Below are positions 25,850 through 36,216 of a stretch of DNA of 64,000 nucleotides, piece after piece (within the stretch, counting starts at the first letter, position 1; the number at the start of each line of letters is the position of its first letter). A program made the translations under genes and the position numbers. This stretch comes from Dehalococcoidia bacterium (GTDB lineage Bacteria > Chloroflexota > Dehalococcoidia > Bin125): NCBI GenBank assembly GCA_965215555.1, contig OZ244071.1, positions 2,517,647 through 2,581,646 of the forward strand. Direction: 5' to 3'. A model generated the notes under the pieces. It was not told the DNA's origin, made no database searches, and saw nothing but the letters and a program-made list of their open reading frames with translations.

Positions 25850-26809
25850 ATGCAGTACATCTTCACACGCCTGCTTACCCAGCTGATCCCGACGCTGCTC
25901 GTCGCCTCGTTGCTGATTTTCGGTGCGGTTCGGCTGATACCCGGCGACCCAGCCGTTGCTGCTTGCGGGGAGAATTCGGTCGGGACCGCGTGTCAGGACG
26001 ATCTGCGCGCGCGCTGGGGGCTCGACCAACCGTTCTTCGACCAATACATCAATTGGGTCGGCGGAATCTTTCAGGGCGACTTCGGCATTTCGAACAAGGG
26101 CATTGAGGTCTGGGAGGTCGTGGCGACGGCATTCCCGGCGTCGATGGAGCTCACCGTCTTCGCCACGATTATCGGCTTCGGGCTCGGGCTGCTGTTCGGC
26201 ATCCTCGCTGCGATCAATCGTGGCGGATTTTGGGACTACTTCGGTTCCGCCTGGGCAGGCTGGAACATCGGCGTCCCCTCGTTCATTGCGGGCTTCTTCT
26301 ATCTGATCATCTTTGCCGTCGCGCTCGACCTGCTGCCGTCATTTGGTCGAGTTCCGATCACCGAAGACTTTGGTCAAGCCCTACTTCACCTGATCATGCC
26401 TGGTCTGGCGCTTGGTGGGATTGTCGCGGCGCAGATTCTGCGATTCACCCGACAGTCGATGCTAGACACCCTGACTGAGGACTACATCCGCACTGCTCGC
26501 GCCAAGGGACTGCGACACTCGTTGGTGATTCTGCGTCACGCGCTGAAGCCGTCGTTGATCCCCGTGGTCACGATCATGGCGTTCAACTTTGCAGAAATTC
26601 TCGGCGGCACGCTGATCATTGAGTCGGTCTTTACCTGGCCGGGCATGGGCCGCGCACTCGCGACGGCTGTCCGCGATCGCGACTACGCCATCATCCAGAT
26701 CATCACCATGTTGATCGTGGCGATCTTCATGCTGGTCTACCTCCTGATCGACGTCGCCTATGTCTCGCTGGATCCTCGCATCCGCATCGGCGGACGGACG
26801 GAGGGCTGA
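25850..26809 (+). CDS. ABC transporter permease (DppB/OppB-like)
   Basis: MQYIFTRLLTQLIPTLLVASLLIFGAVRLIPGDPA and EAA-like loop. Confidence 0.85.
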   Translation: MQYIFTRLLTQLIPTLLVASLLIFGAVRLIPGDPAVAACGENSVGTACQDDLRARWGLDQPFFDQYINWVGGIFQGDFGISNKGIEVWEVVATAFPASMELTVFATIIGFGLGLLFGILAAINRGGFWDYFGSAWAGWNIGVPSFIAGFFYLIIFAVALDLLPSFGRVPITEDFGQALLHLIMPGLALGGIVAAQILRFTRQSMLDTLTEDYIRTARAKGLRHSLVILRHALKPSLIPVVTIMAFNFAEILGGTLIIESVFTWPGMGRALATAVRDRDYAIIQIITMLIVAIFMLVYLLIDVAYVSLDPRIRIGGRTEG

Positions 26810-26811
26810 GC

Positions 26812-27714
26812 ATGACGGCTCAATCTGCTCCGATCGAATTTGCCGAAGAGCGGACGGTGACCCGTGTTACCTCGGGGGTGTGGCGCGAACTGAAGGGGAT
26901 CGCTACGGAGCCTCGAGGAGCAATCGCGATCACGCTGCTCGGTGCGATCTTCTTCTTCGCCTTCATCTTTCCTCTGATCGATCCCACCGATCCAAACTGG
27001 TCCGAGCGAGGCGAAAAGTTGCTCGGGCCTTCGTGGGGACATCCCTTCGGTACTGACCAACTCTCGCGCGATCTGCTCGCTCGCGTCTCCGTCTCGGCAC
27101 GACGAACCATCCTCACCGGCTTCAGCGCCGTGATCGTTGGAATGTCAATTGGAATCACCATCGGGTACGTCGCCGGTTGGATGGGCCAATGGATCGACAC
27201 ACTCGTCATGCGCGCCCTCGACGTGCTGATGTCCTTCCCAGGACTCGTGCTCGCCATTGTGGTCTCAACGATTTTGGGCACGGGTCTGTTTTCGCTCGCT
27301 GTTGCGATCACGGTCTTCAACATCCCCGTGACCGCACGTCTCGCTCGGGCCGGTGTACTGCGAGAGCGCGAACGCGACTACGCCCTGGCAGCCCGCACGC
27401 TTGGAGCCTCGGGCCGACGCGTCCTCTTCCGCCACGTCGCGGTGAACACCTTCGGCGCCTTCGCAGTCCAGCTCCCGATCGCATTTGTCGCTTCGGTCCT
27501 CGCGATGGCAGCACTGAACTTCCTTGGCGTCGGGATTCAACTACCGAACGCAACGCTGGGGACGATGCTCCGCGAAGCGCAACAGTACATGCAGCCCGCT
27601 CCGCACTTCGTGATTTTCACTGCGCTCGTCTTGGCCGTGCTGATGATTGGTCTGAACTTCCTCTCCGACGTCCTCTCCGAGCGACTCGACCCCGTCCGGC
27701 GACGGCGTGTGTAG
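26812..27714 (+). CDS. ABC transporter permease (DppC/OppC-like)
   Basis: Typical N-terminal TM plus BPD_transp_1 motifs. Immediately follows the first permease. Confidence 0.85.
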   Translation: MTAQSAPIEFAEERTVTRVTSGVWRELKGIATEPRGAIAITLLGAIFFFAFIFPLIDPTDPNWSERGEKLLGPSWGHPFGTDQLSRDLLARVSVSARRTILTGFSAVIVGMSIGITIGYVAGWMGQWIDTLVMRALDVLMSFPGLVLAIVVSTILGTGLFSLAVAITVFNIPVTARLARAGVLRERERDYALAARTLGASGRRVLFRHVAVNTFGAFAVQLPIAFVASVLAMAALNFLGVGIQLPNATLGTMLREAQQYMQPAPHFVIFTALVLAVLMIGLNFLSDVLSERLDPVRRRRV

Positions 27715-27772
27715 CCCGCGTCTAACCTAGCCTCCGTATCAACTGCCGGATCCCAACCAAGGAGACCTACCT

Positions 27773-28579
27773 ATGGCTGTGCTTGCCAACACCTTTCGCG
27801 AGAAGCTCGACGCCGGTGAACCGACGATCGGCACCCATTTCCTCTTCAACGACCCTGACATCGCCGAGCTGATTGGCGACACCGGGCAGTTCGACTACGG
27901 CGAGTATGTGGCCGAGTACTCGACCTTCGACATGAAGACGCTGTACCACCTGGCGCGCGCGGCTCAGTGCGGCAATCTGCCCCTGATGATCAAGCTCGAC
28001 CAGGCCAACCAGACCTTCTGGGCTCAGGCCGCGCTTGGCGCGGGTTTCAAGTCGGTGCTCTACACCGACATCCGCACGCCCGACGATGTCGACGCAGCGC
28101 TACAGTCCATCCGCCCCGACAAGCCCGGCACGCTGGGCAATTTGGGCGGACACATGGGCGTCAAAACGCGACGACCGGCGCTCGCCGGCTACGCCGCCGG
28201 TAACTACGGCGCCGACCTCGACGGCATCGTCACGGTGATCATGATCGAGAAGCGCGTCGCCCTCGACGACATCGACGCCATCCTCGAGCGCGCCGCCGAA
28301 CTCGGCGTCGACATGACTCAGTGGGGTCCGAGCGATTACGGCTTCTCCTTCGACGAGCGACCCAGTCCGGACGAGATTCGCGCCGCGGAAGAGAAGACGA
28401 TCGCCAAGTCGATCGAGTATGGCGTCGCCCCACGTATCGAGATCGGCGCGGTTGAGCAAGCCCAGCGCTACCTCGACCTGGGCGTCAAGCACTTCTGCAT
28501 CGGCTGGGACCGCTTCCTGCTCAACCAGGGTTACACCGAGCTGGGCAAAGGCCTCCGGGCCCTGATCGACGACGCATAG
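27773..28579 (+). CDS. HpcH/HpaI aldolase / citrate-lyase family (2-keto-3-deoxy-acid aldolase)
   Basis: Family-typical pattern in the VIMIEKRVALDDIDAILE region. GGAGACC RBS. Confidence 0.75.
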   Translation: MAVLANTFREKLDAGEPTIGTHFLFNDPDIAELIGDTGQFDYGEYVAEYSTFDMKTLYHLARAAQCGNLPLMIKLDQANQTFWAQAALGAGFKSVLYTDIRTPDDVDAALQSIRPDKPGTLGNLGGHMGVKTRRPALAGYAAGNYGADLDGIVTVIMIEKRVALDDIDAILERAAELGVDMTQWGPSDYGFSFDERPSPDEIRAAEEKTIAKSIEYGVAPRIEIGAVEQAQRYLDLGVKHFCIGWDRFLLNQGYTELGKGLRALIDDA

Positions 28580-28588
28580 GAGTTCACC

Positions 28589-29602
28589 ATGGTCACCAAC
28601 AACTTCGACTGGCTCGCAACCAACCAGGAGCCTGCATTCGACCCCGACCAGAAAATCATCGACCCGCATCATCACCTCTGGGATGGTCGCGAGGACGGGC
28701 GCCTGCTGCGCTACTTCCTCGACCAACTGCTCGAGGACACGGCCGACCTCAATGTCCGCCAGACCGTCTTCATCGAGTGTGGAGCGATGTACAACGCTGA
28801 CGCGCCGAAGCCGATGGCGCCGGTCGGAGAGACCGAGTACGTCGCTGGCGTCTCGGCTCAGAGCGCCAGCGGCATCTATGGCGAGATGCGCGCCTGCACC
28901 GGTATCGTTTCGCATGCCGACTTGCTGCTCGGCGCGGCCGTCGGCGAGGTGCTCGACGCGCATATGGAGATGAGTTCCCGCTTCCGAGGCATCCGCCATC
29001 ACGCCAGCTGGGATCCGTCGCCCGACGTGCCCAACTCGCGGATCGTGGATCAGCCGCACATCTACCTCAATGACGCCTACCGCGAAGGCTTCGCCGAGCT
29101 GGGCAAGCGCAACCTCAGCTTCGAAGGCTGGCTCTACCATCCACAAATCCCTGAACTGACCGACCTCGCCCGCGCCTTCCCCGACACCACGATCATCCTC
29201 AACCACCTGGGCGGACCGCTTGGCATCGGTCCGTACGCGGGTCGCCACGACGAAGTCTTCGCCGAATGGCGAGAGACCATCAGCGAACTTGCCACCTGCG
29301 AGAACGTGGTCGCCAAGGTCGGTGGCATCCAGATGGTGATCAACGGTTTCGGCTGGCACGAACGGGAACGAGCGCCATCCTCGGACGAGCTGCTGCAAGC
29401 CAATCGCCGCTGGTACGAGCACACCATCCAGGTCTTCGGTCCGAACCGTTGCATGTTCGAGAGCAATTTCCCCGTCGACAAGGCCTCATGCAGCTACACG
29501 AACATGTACAACCAGTTCTTCAAGCTGGTCGTCGACTATCCCCAGGACGAAAAGGATCAGATGTTCCACGACACCGCACAGCGGGTGTATCGGCTCGACT
29601 AG
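28589..29602 (+). CDS. Amidohydrolase-2 family hydrolase (LigI/LigJ/ACMSD-like TIM barrel)
   Basis: IIDPHHHLWDG N-terminal metal motif and a C-terminal FESNFPVD-type motif. Confidence 0.75.
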   Translation: MVTNNFDWLATNQEPAFDPDQKIIDPHHHLWDGREDGRLLRYFLDQLLEDTADLNVRQTVFIECGAMYNADAPKPMAPVGETEYVAGVSAQSASGIYGEMRACTGIVSHADLLLGAAVGEVLDAHMEMSSRFRGIRHHASWDPSPDVPNSRIVDQPHIYLNDAYREGFAELGKRNLSFEGWLYHPQIPELTDLARAFPDTTIILNHLGGPLGIGPYAGRHDEVFAEWRETISELATCENVVAKVGGIQMVINGFGWHERERAPSSDELLQANRRWYEHTIQVFGPNRCMFESNFPVDKASCSYTNMYNQFFKLVVDYPQDEKDQMFHDTAQRVYRLD

Positions 29603-29618
29603 GTCCAACCGAATGAAA

Positions 29619-29738
29619 AAGAGCTCCCCCGTTGGGGGAGCTGGCCCGTAGGGTCTGAGGGGGCTCCCGGCAACCAGCACTGCTCGCCGAGCTGGCCCCC
29701 TCACCTGCTGCGCGGGAGCTCCCCCAACGGGGGAGCTC
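29619..29738. repeat. MITE-like element with terminal inverted repeats gagctcccccgttgggggagctggcc / ggagctcccccaacgggggagctc
   Basis: Inverted 24-26-bp ends, each itself a hairpin, flank about 65 bp containing gagggggctccc. Confidence 0.55.
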
Positions 29739-29792
29739 ATGGGATCTGTCCTACCATTCAGCCAGCCACTTCAACCAACGAAAGATCCAACC

Positions 29793-30752
29793 ATGCCGAC
29801 CATCGTCCAGGCCGTACCGATTGAAGACGAACTCCACGATATGCTCGCCGCCGCCGGCGATGTCCGCGTTGTCGATGGACGCGACCGGGGAGCGTTCATT
29901 GAAGCCGTCAAGGATGCTGATGGCGTGCTGCTCAATCCGCTCGTCAAGATTGATCAGCAGGTCGTTGACCTGGCGCCCAATCTCAAGGTCGTCGCCACCA
30001 CCTCGGTCGGCTTCGACGCCTTCGACGTGCCCTTTCTGACCAGTAACGGCATCGCCCTCTGCAACACGCCAGGCGTGCTCAGCGCCGCCGTCGCCGACTT
30101 GACCATGGCCTTCCTGCTGATGCTCTCGCGACAACTGATGGAGTTCGAGGCCTACAACCGCTCCGGCGGTTGGGGACGGCGCGAGCCCTATCCCGCGCTG
30201 GCCAACGATCCCCTGGGCAAGACGATTGGGATCGTCGGCTTCGGACGCATCGGTCAGGAAGTCGCCCGACGCGCAAACTTCGCCGGGATGAAGGTGATCT
30301 GGTACGACATCTACGACAACCCGCCCGCCGACGCTCCTGCGTCTGAGAAGCGGTCGCTCGACGAGCTGCTGGCCGAATCTGACTTCGTCAGCGTCCACAC
30401 CGACCTCAACCAGTCCTCACGACATATGATCGGTGCCCGCGAGATCGCGCTGATGAAGCCGACCGCTTACCTGATCAACACATCACGAGGCCCCGCGGTT
30501 GACCAGAAGGCGCTGCACGACGCTCTCGTCGCCAATCAGATTGCCGGCGCCGGTCTCGACGTGCTCGAAGATGAGCCTCCCGACCCTGACGAGCCCATCG
30601 TCAAGCTGCCCAACGTGATCAGCTTCCCTCACATCGGCACGGCCACCGAAGAAACCCGCTACGCCATGCGTGCCTTGGCGACCAGGAACGTCGTCAACGT
30701 CCTCAGCGGCAATCGGCCGGAGGCGATCGTCAATCCTGAGGTGCTTGGCTAG
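29793..30752 (+). CDS. D-isomer-specific 2-hydroxyacid dehydrogenase (second paralog)
   Basis: GIVGFGRIGQEVARRA Rossmann motif. ATG 29793 chosen, because the upstream ATG lies inside the repeat. Confidence 0.85.
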   Translation: MPTIVQAVPIEDELHDMLAAAGDVRVVDGRDRGAFIEAVKDADGVLLNPLVKIDQQVVDLAPNLKVVATTSVGFDAFDVPFLTSNGIALCNTPGVLSAAVADLTMAFLLMLSRQLMEFEAYNRSGGWGRREPYPALANDPLGKTIGIVGFGRIGQEVARRANFAGMKVIWYDIYDNPPADAPASEKRSLDELLAESDFVSVHTDLNQSSRHMIGAREIALMKPTAYLINTSRGPAVDQKALHDALVANQIAGAGLDVLEDEPPDPDEPIVKLPNVISFPHIGTATEETRYAMRALATRNVVNVLSGNRPEAIVNPEVLG

Positions 30753-30764
30753 CACAATGGTTGA

Positions 30765-30895
30765 GACCTCCCCCTCTGGGGGAGGTGCCCCGAAGGGGCG
30801 GAGGGGGCCTCTCCTCGGCTAGGGTCCTACTCATCAGCCTCGTCGATGACCGGCCCCCTCAGCCGCTCCGCGACAGCTCCCCCGAAGGGGGAGCC
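30765..30895. repeat. REP/MITE-like element with hairpins cctccccctctgggggagg and agctcccccgaagggggagc
   Basis: Same family as 22855-22960 and 29619-29738. Confidence 0.5.
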
Positions 30896-31000
30896 TTGAT
30901 CATCGAATTGGACGCGGCTGTCACTCCTTGATCTGCCGCCCAGCGAACACCGTTATCCTCAATCCCGTACGACCCCACACCCGATAGATCGGACCCAACC

Positions 31001-32251
31001 ATGTCCTGGCGACCCAAGCGCATGAAGTTTGGACTCTTCCTCGCCCCATTCCACAGCGTCGGCGAGCATCCTACCCTCGCGCTCCAGCGCGACGTTGAGC
31101 TGATCGAGCACCTCGACGACCTCGGCTACGACGAAGCCTGGATTGGCGAGCACCACTCGTTTGCTCGCGAGATCATCTCCAATCCGATGATCTTCATCGC
31201 CGCGCTGGCCGAGCGGACCAAGCACATCAAGCTGGGCACCGGTGTCGTCTCGCTGCCCTACCACAATCCCTTGATGATCGCCGACGACCTGCTCCAGCTT
31301 GACCACATGACGCGCGGTCGCGTGATGCTCGGCGTTGGTCCCGGCGCACTCACCTCGGACGCGGTACAGATGGGCATCGAGCCGACCAGCCAGCGCAAGC
31401 GCATGGCCGAGGCCTTCGACGCCATCGTCCAGCTCGCCCGCGACGAAGAGCCGGTCTCGATGGAGACGGACTGGTTCTCGCTGACGGAGGCTCGCCTGCA
31501 GATGGCCTGGTACTCCGACCCGCATCCTGAGCTGGCCGTCGCCGTGATCCTGACGCCGTCCGGACCACAGCTCGCCGGTAAGCACGGTGCGAGTCTGCTC
31601 TCCGTCGCCGGCGCTGACTCCGAAGGCATGAAGCAAGTCTGGGACTGGTACGAAGAGGCCGCGACCGAGAACGGCCACGAAGTTTCGCGCAAGAACTGGC
31701 GCGTCGTGACGGCGATCCACATCGCGGAATCCCGAGCCCAGGCAATCGAAGACGTGCGCGCCGGATTCCTCAAGCGTGCTTACGTCGGCGATGTCCGAGA
31801 TCCCGGACGCCGAGGCGGCATCGCGTTGCAGATGGCCGACACCATTGAAGAAGCGATCGACAAGAATATGGTCATCGTCGGTTCCCCCGAGGACGCCGTC
31901 GACCAGATCGAGGCAATGCACGACCGCTCGGGCGGCATCGGCGGGCTGCTTGGGATGCACCATGAGTGGGCCTCGACCGACGCCACCAAGCGCAGCTTCG
32001 AACTGCTGATGCGCTACGTCGCGCCCAAGTACCAGGGTCAGCTCGACCGCCTCGTCGCCTCGCGGGACTTCGTCGAAGACCGTCAGCTCGACATCTTTGG
32101 CGCAGGTCAGAAGGCCATGGCCAAGGCCTTCTCCGATGCCGGCAAGGAACTGCCCGACGCCTTCAAGCAAGCCGCAGCCGACCGAGCCGCTCTCTCCAGC
32201 AACGGCACCGAAGCCCCCGCCGAAGCCGAGGCAGAGCCAGTCGCCGACTAA
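31001..32251 (+). CDS. LLM-class flavin-dependent oxidoreductase (third paralog)
   Basis: MKFGLFLAPFH...LGYDEAWIGEHH...GTGVVSLPYHNP. Ends in an Ala/Glu/Pro-rich tail. Confidence 0.8.
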   Translation: MSWRPKRMKFGLFLAPFHSVGEHPTLALQRDVELIEHLDDLGYDEAWIGEHHSFAREIISNPMIFIAALAERTKHIKLGTGVVSLPYHNPLMIADDLLQLDHMTRGRVMLGVGPGALTSDAVQMGIEPTSQRKRMAEAFDAIVQLARDEEPVSMETDWFSLTEARLQMAWYSDPHPELAVAVILTPSGPQLAGKHGASLLSVAGADSEGMKQVWDWYEEAATENGHEVSRKNWRVVTAIHIAESRAQAIEDVRAGFLKRAYVGDVRDPGRRGGIALQMADTIEEAIDKNMVIVGSPEDAVDQIEAMHDRSGGIGGLLGMHHEWASTDATKRSFELLMRYVAPKYQGQLDRLVASRDFVEDRQLDIFGAGQKAMAKAFSDAGKELPDAFKQAAADRAALSSNGTEAPAEAEAEPVAD

Positions 32252-32344
32252 GCGCTCGATTGGGCGCTCCCCTGCTCTCTAAACCTCCCCCTCCGATCCC
32301 CTCTCCCTCTGGGAGAGGGTTAGGGTGAGGGCTCTGGACCAACC

Positions 32345-33010
32345 ATGCAAGCCGTCGTCGCGCTCGCGGGCGAAATCCACGATTCCCCCCTGGTCCGCAG
32401 CGCCCTGAACGGAGCAGGACTGATAGTCGCCGCCGATAGCGGGGCGCAACGGCTGGGACAGCTGGGCGTGTTGCCGCATGTGGTGATTGGCGACTTGGAC
32501 TCGTTGCCGGGCGACGAACTCTTCCGGCTCAAGTCCGTGGGCGTTGAGTTTGAACCGCATCCGCAGCCGGAGCAGCGCACCGATGGCGACGTCGCCATCG
32601 AGTACGCGCTCAAGCGAGGCGCAACAAGCATCATCATCGTCGGCCTGTTCGGAGGTCCACGCTACGACCACGCCGTCGCCAACCTCTACCTGCTCACGCA
32701 CCCAAGTCTCAAGCAAACTCCCACCTGGACCGTCGACGGCTGGACCGCCCTGACCGTCCTCAACGGAGACGGTGTATCGCAGGCCCACTTCCAGGGCCAA
32801 ATCGGCGACTACGTCACCATCACAGCCGTCAGCGAGACAGTTGAGGGGATCACCACCGTCGGTCTCAAATGGCCCCTCTCAAACGCCACCTTCACGCGAG
32901 GACTAAACGAAGGAACCTCAAACGAATTGATCAACAATCAAGCCATGATCCAGATCACCGGAGGCACCGCCTTCGCCGCGCATCACTTTCGCACCCAACG
33001 TCTACCGTAA
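32345..33010 (+). CDS. Thiamine pyrophosphokinase
   Basis: VVIGDLDSL motif and a C-terminal TPK B1-binding domain pattern. Confidence 0.7.
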   Translation: MQAVVALAGEIHDSPLVRSALNGAGLIVAADSGAQRLGQLGVLPHVVIGDLDSLPGDELFRLKSVGVEFEPHPQPEQRTDGDVAIEYALKRGATSIIIVGLFGGPRYDHAVANLYLLTHPSLKQTPTWTVDGWTALTVLNGDGVSQAHFQGQIGDYVTITAVSETVEGITTVGLKWPLSNATFTRGLNEGTSNELINNQAMIQITGGTAFAAHHFRTQRLP

Positions 33011-33017
33011 GTGCAAC

Positions 33018-34337
33018 ATGTTTCGTTTGACCGCCGCTATCGCGATCTCTCTGGCTCTTGGCATTGCCATCGGGTTTGGCATTGCATCATTGATTGATGA
33101 CACGATGTCAGAGCATGGCACCGCTCCGGCACAAGAGTCAGTACAAGTTCTGGAGGTGGACGAGCAGACGCACACTCCAGCAGATCCATTTTATGGATCG
33201 CATGTCCACGCTTGGCGGCTGACGATTCTCTCACTGCAATATGAGCAGGCGGTACGCACCGTGCGGCAGGAGGCCAACTGCTTGGGTATCGAGCGAAGCG
33301 AACCGTCGTCATCGAATTCGCGACTGATCGCAGAGGTCGCATTAGCCAAGGTTGACGCGATACTCGACCTCATGGCCGTGCAGGCCGAGCAGTTCGCGCC
33401 GGTTTGGGAGACACGAGCGAGCGAGCTGCGCACTGGCTACGACAAGCTCATGTCCGAGCCAGCGAGCCTTCCAGCATCCATCTGCGAGTCCGATTTCGCT
33501 CAGCAAGCTGACGCCTTGTTCGAGGAGCTGGCTCGCCGCACCAATTCAGAACCAACACACGTGTGGAGCACACCGGGCGCCTCACGGCCATACTATGACT
33601 TTGATGCAGTCAAGCATCTCTACGCCTTGAATCATGTACTCCTCTGGATGGAGACCTCGCTCTGGGCCAATTGCTATTACGATGCAGGCCCGATCGGTGA
33701 GGCTAAGCTGTTCGACTTTGCAAGCAGTCTGCAGAACGGAAGTGTAATCTCCGATTGGTTTTCGGAAGAGCTGTCGACACGGGTTCACGACCTCAGGCGA
33801 ATCGTGTCCAATTGGGTCCGGCGGGGTCGGGTCGGTCTACTGTCCGAGGTACCACACAACCCGTGTATTGAGTGGAGGCAAAGGCGCGTCCTAGGCGAGG
33901 ACTACCTGGTAGCAACTCTTTACAGCCAACCTGGTGCTAGTGATGTTAGCGCGTTAACAGTCATGCTCGAATACACGCCAGCCGCTGTGGGAGTTCGCAC
34001 AGTTGCCCTGCTCTCGGGCTGCGAAGCTACCTCCGGACTGCAACATGTTGATGAGCTCTCCGCTGACCAACTCCTCGCGGTCAGGCACACCCTATTTCAC
34101 ATCCGCGACATCCTCAATGGCTTCCGCCATTCAGTGGACCAGAAACCGGAGCAATTGGCGCGTTTGGCCGGAAAAACTCGAAGGGTGATAGATCAGTGGG
34201 TTGGTAGCGAACTCACGAAGCTGCAGAATCCAGAAGGGGGGCATGAATTGTTGCTGTGTTCCGATGAGGTCAGCACGGCGGTCAACTTGCTACTCACGGA
34301 GGCCGGCAAGTACCTGGTACCCGTCTATATCAGCTGA
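33018..34337 (+). CDS. Hypothetical membrane-anchored protein (439 aa), low-GC insertion
   Basis: N-terminal TM AAIAISLALGIAIGFGIASLI. GC about 52-55% vs 68% flanks. No recognisable domain. Confidence 0.5.
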   Translation: MFRLTAAIAISLALGIAIGFGIASLIDDTMSEHGTAPAQESVQVLEVDEQTHTPADPFYGSHVHAWRLTILSLQYEQAVRTVRQEANCLGIERSEPSSSNSRLIAEVALAKVDAILDLMAVQAEQFAPVWETRASELRTGYDKLMSEPASLPASICESDFAQQADALFEELARRTNSEPTHVWSTPGASRPYYDFDAVKHLYALNHVLLWMETSLWANCYYDAGPIGEAKLFDFASSLQNGSVISDWFSEELSTRVHDLRRIVSNWVRRGRVGLLSEVPHNPCIEWRQRRVLGEDYLVATLYSQPGASDVSALTVMLEYTPAAVGVRTVALLSGCEATSGLQHVDELSADQLLAVRHTLFHIRDILNGFRHSVDQKPEQLARLAGKTRRVIDQWVGSELTKLQNPEGGHELLLCSDEVSTAVNLLLTEAGKYLVPVYIS

Positions 34338-34398
34338 GGAACGTACGCGGCAGCCAATGGAGTTGCCTTTTCTCGTCATGCACTTCGGCATTTTGCCA

Positions 34399-35706
34399 CT
34401 ACGGATTAAACACGTCCCGCTTGCCACTTCGACTGCTGGACGCCGCGAACGCGAAGATACCCCGCGCCATTGATGAATCTTGTTCCGCCGCCCGTGCGTC
34501 GTAGATCTCCGACCTCAGCTCGTGCACATCGGGACTGTTCGGCGCGGCGAGGGCAGCACCCTCGATCAGGTGACAGGCCATCTGCAGGTTGCCGTTCTGC
34601 ATATGTGCGCGAGCACGCTCCAAGACCGGCTCCAGACCTCCGGCCAGCGTTACCCACTCAGCCGCTTCAGCCGACCTGGGCGCGGGCAACAGCCGATCCG
34701 GCTCCCCCTCGTACCAGCCGCCGAAGTAGCGCCAAATGCTGTGCACGATGAATTCCGGATGGTCGTAGGCCGAGCGCAGCCAGGGCTTGTCCAACAGATG
34801 CTGTGGCATCTCAATCGAGTGCAGCACCCGGTCCAGCGTGTAGCCCTCATTCATCAGCGCCAGTGTCTGACTCTCGATGTCATCCAGCAGGTCGGCAGTA
34901 TCGTTCAACGCCTCCGCGACGCGGTCGGCGCCGAAAATCGGGAATCCGTGTCCGGGACTCATGAGCTCTGCGCCCTTGGCGGCCATCTGTCGCAGCCCGG
35001 TCGCCCATTCGCCGACCCAGCGCTGTACCTTCTGCGGATTCCCAGCGTTCGGCACGGCCCAAATGAACAGGTCGCCAGGAAACAGCCATTTCTTTTCTGG
35101 GATCCAGGTCCAGGCTGCGTCCTCCGTCTCGCCGCGAGTGTGCGTGACCTCAAACGTCAAGTCACCAACCGAGAACCGTACCGCGTCGTCGAACGTCACA
35201 TCGGGATAGCGGAATGCGGACGGCCAGGGCAGGCGCACCGTCGACGCGTCCATCCCCGGTCGGATGAACTGCCGAGAATTGATCGCCGTGTTGTAGCCAA
35301 CAGTCCGCTTGTACCGATCAAAGTGAGCCGGAATGTGCCGCTGCCCATACACCGTCGGACGCGCCTGACCCTTACTGGCCGCTTCCTCGTCGAACTTGTT
35401 CACGCCAAAGATGTGATCGACGTGATGGTGCGAGAACACCGCCGCTCGCAACGGAGTATCAGGGCGCCAATCGCGCACCGCTGAGAACAGCCCCTCGGCG
35501 TCCCGGGCCGTTCCCGTATCCAGCATCACCAGACCGTCGCCGGTGTCAATCGTGTTCATCGACGCCGCGGACTTGATGTAGAGGAAGTCGTCGCCAATCT
35601 CCTCCGGCTCACGGTTGTTCCACGGCGACGTCACCGGGTGCGCCTCGGTGATCGTGTCGATCTCACCACGCCACAGTCGATCACAGTAGTCACGGATGTC
35701 GGGCAT
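34399..35706 (-). CDS. MBL-fold metallo-hydrolase (alkyl-sulfatase-like N-terminal domain type)
   Basis: AVFSHHHVDHIFG motif (HxHxDH). Confidence 0.6.
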   Translation of the reverse strand: MPDIRDYCDRLWRGEIDTITEAHPVTSPWNNREPEEIGDDFLYIKSAASMNTIDTGDGLVMLDTGTARDAEGLFSAVRDWRPDTPLRAAVFSHHHVDHIFGVNKFDEEAASKGQARPTVYGQRHIPAHFDRYKRTVGYNTAINSRQFIRPGMDASTVRLPWPSAFRYPDVTFDDAVRFSVGDLTFEVTHTRGETEDAAWTWIPEKKWLFPGDLFIWAVPNAGNPQKVQRWVGEWATGLRQMAAKGAELMSPGHGFPIFGADRVAEALNDTADLLDDIESQTLALMNEGYTLDRVLHSIEMPQHLLDKPWLRSAYDHPEFIVHSIWRYFGGWYEGEPDRLLPAPRSAEAAEWVTLAGGLEPVLERARAHMQNGNLQMACHLIEGAALAAPNSPDVHELRSEIYDARAAEQDSSMARGIFAFAASSSRSGKRDVFNP

Positions 35707-35813
35707 TTGGCTGCTCCCTGTTCACTACACCGCGTCGGTGCCGCGGGTCACGGTCGTAAGATATGACCCAACGACCGATCACTGCTCAACATCCTCTAGG
35801 GAGGAAACCCGTT

Positions 35814-36122
35814 ATGCCGATGTACGAGTACAAGTGCCCCAGCTGCACCAACGTCTTTGATGTCCTGGCCAAGATGGGGCAGGCCCCAGAGTCACCCGAC
35901 TGCCCAGCCTGCGACGACGGAGTCGGCGACCGCGTCTTCGGCGCCGGCGTTGCGATCCACACCGGTTCCGGCGGATCCTCGTTTGACGACTTCGACATGG
36001 GAGCCATGGGAGACATGGGCATGCCCGACATGGGCGGCATGGGCATGGGAGGCCACGGTCACGACCACGGCCATAGCCACGACGACTTCGGCATGGGCGA
36101 CTTCGGCATGGACGATTTCTAG
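35814..36122 (+). CDS. FmdB-family zinc-ribbon protein with G/M/H/D-rich C-terminal tail
   Basis: MPMYEYKCPSC...CPAC zinc ribbon. GGGAGG RBS at 35798-35803. Tail GMGMGGHGHDHGHSHDDFGMGDFGMDDF. Confidence 0.7.
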   Translation: MPMYEYKCPSCTNVFDVLAKMGQAPESPDCPACDDGVGDRVFGAGVAIHTGSGGSSFDDFDMGAMGDMGMPDMGGMGMGGHGHDHGHSHDDFGMGDFGMDDF

Positions 36123-36216
36123 CCCAATCACTATCGCACAACAAACGTCCGTCATTCCCACGCTTGCCGTTGAGCCTGCCCAGGCCTGACAGGATGTCTC
36201 AGAAGTCAACTTTCCA

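Noticed and set aside
28100-29422. 440-aa ORF on the minus strand
   Set aside because: Antisense to the HpcH aldolase and amidohydrolase genes, which have clear family motifs.
30959-32170. 403-aa ORF on the minus strand
   Set aside because: Antisense to the LLM oxidoreductase at 31001..32251.
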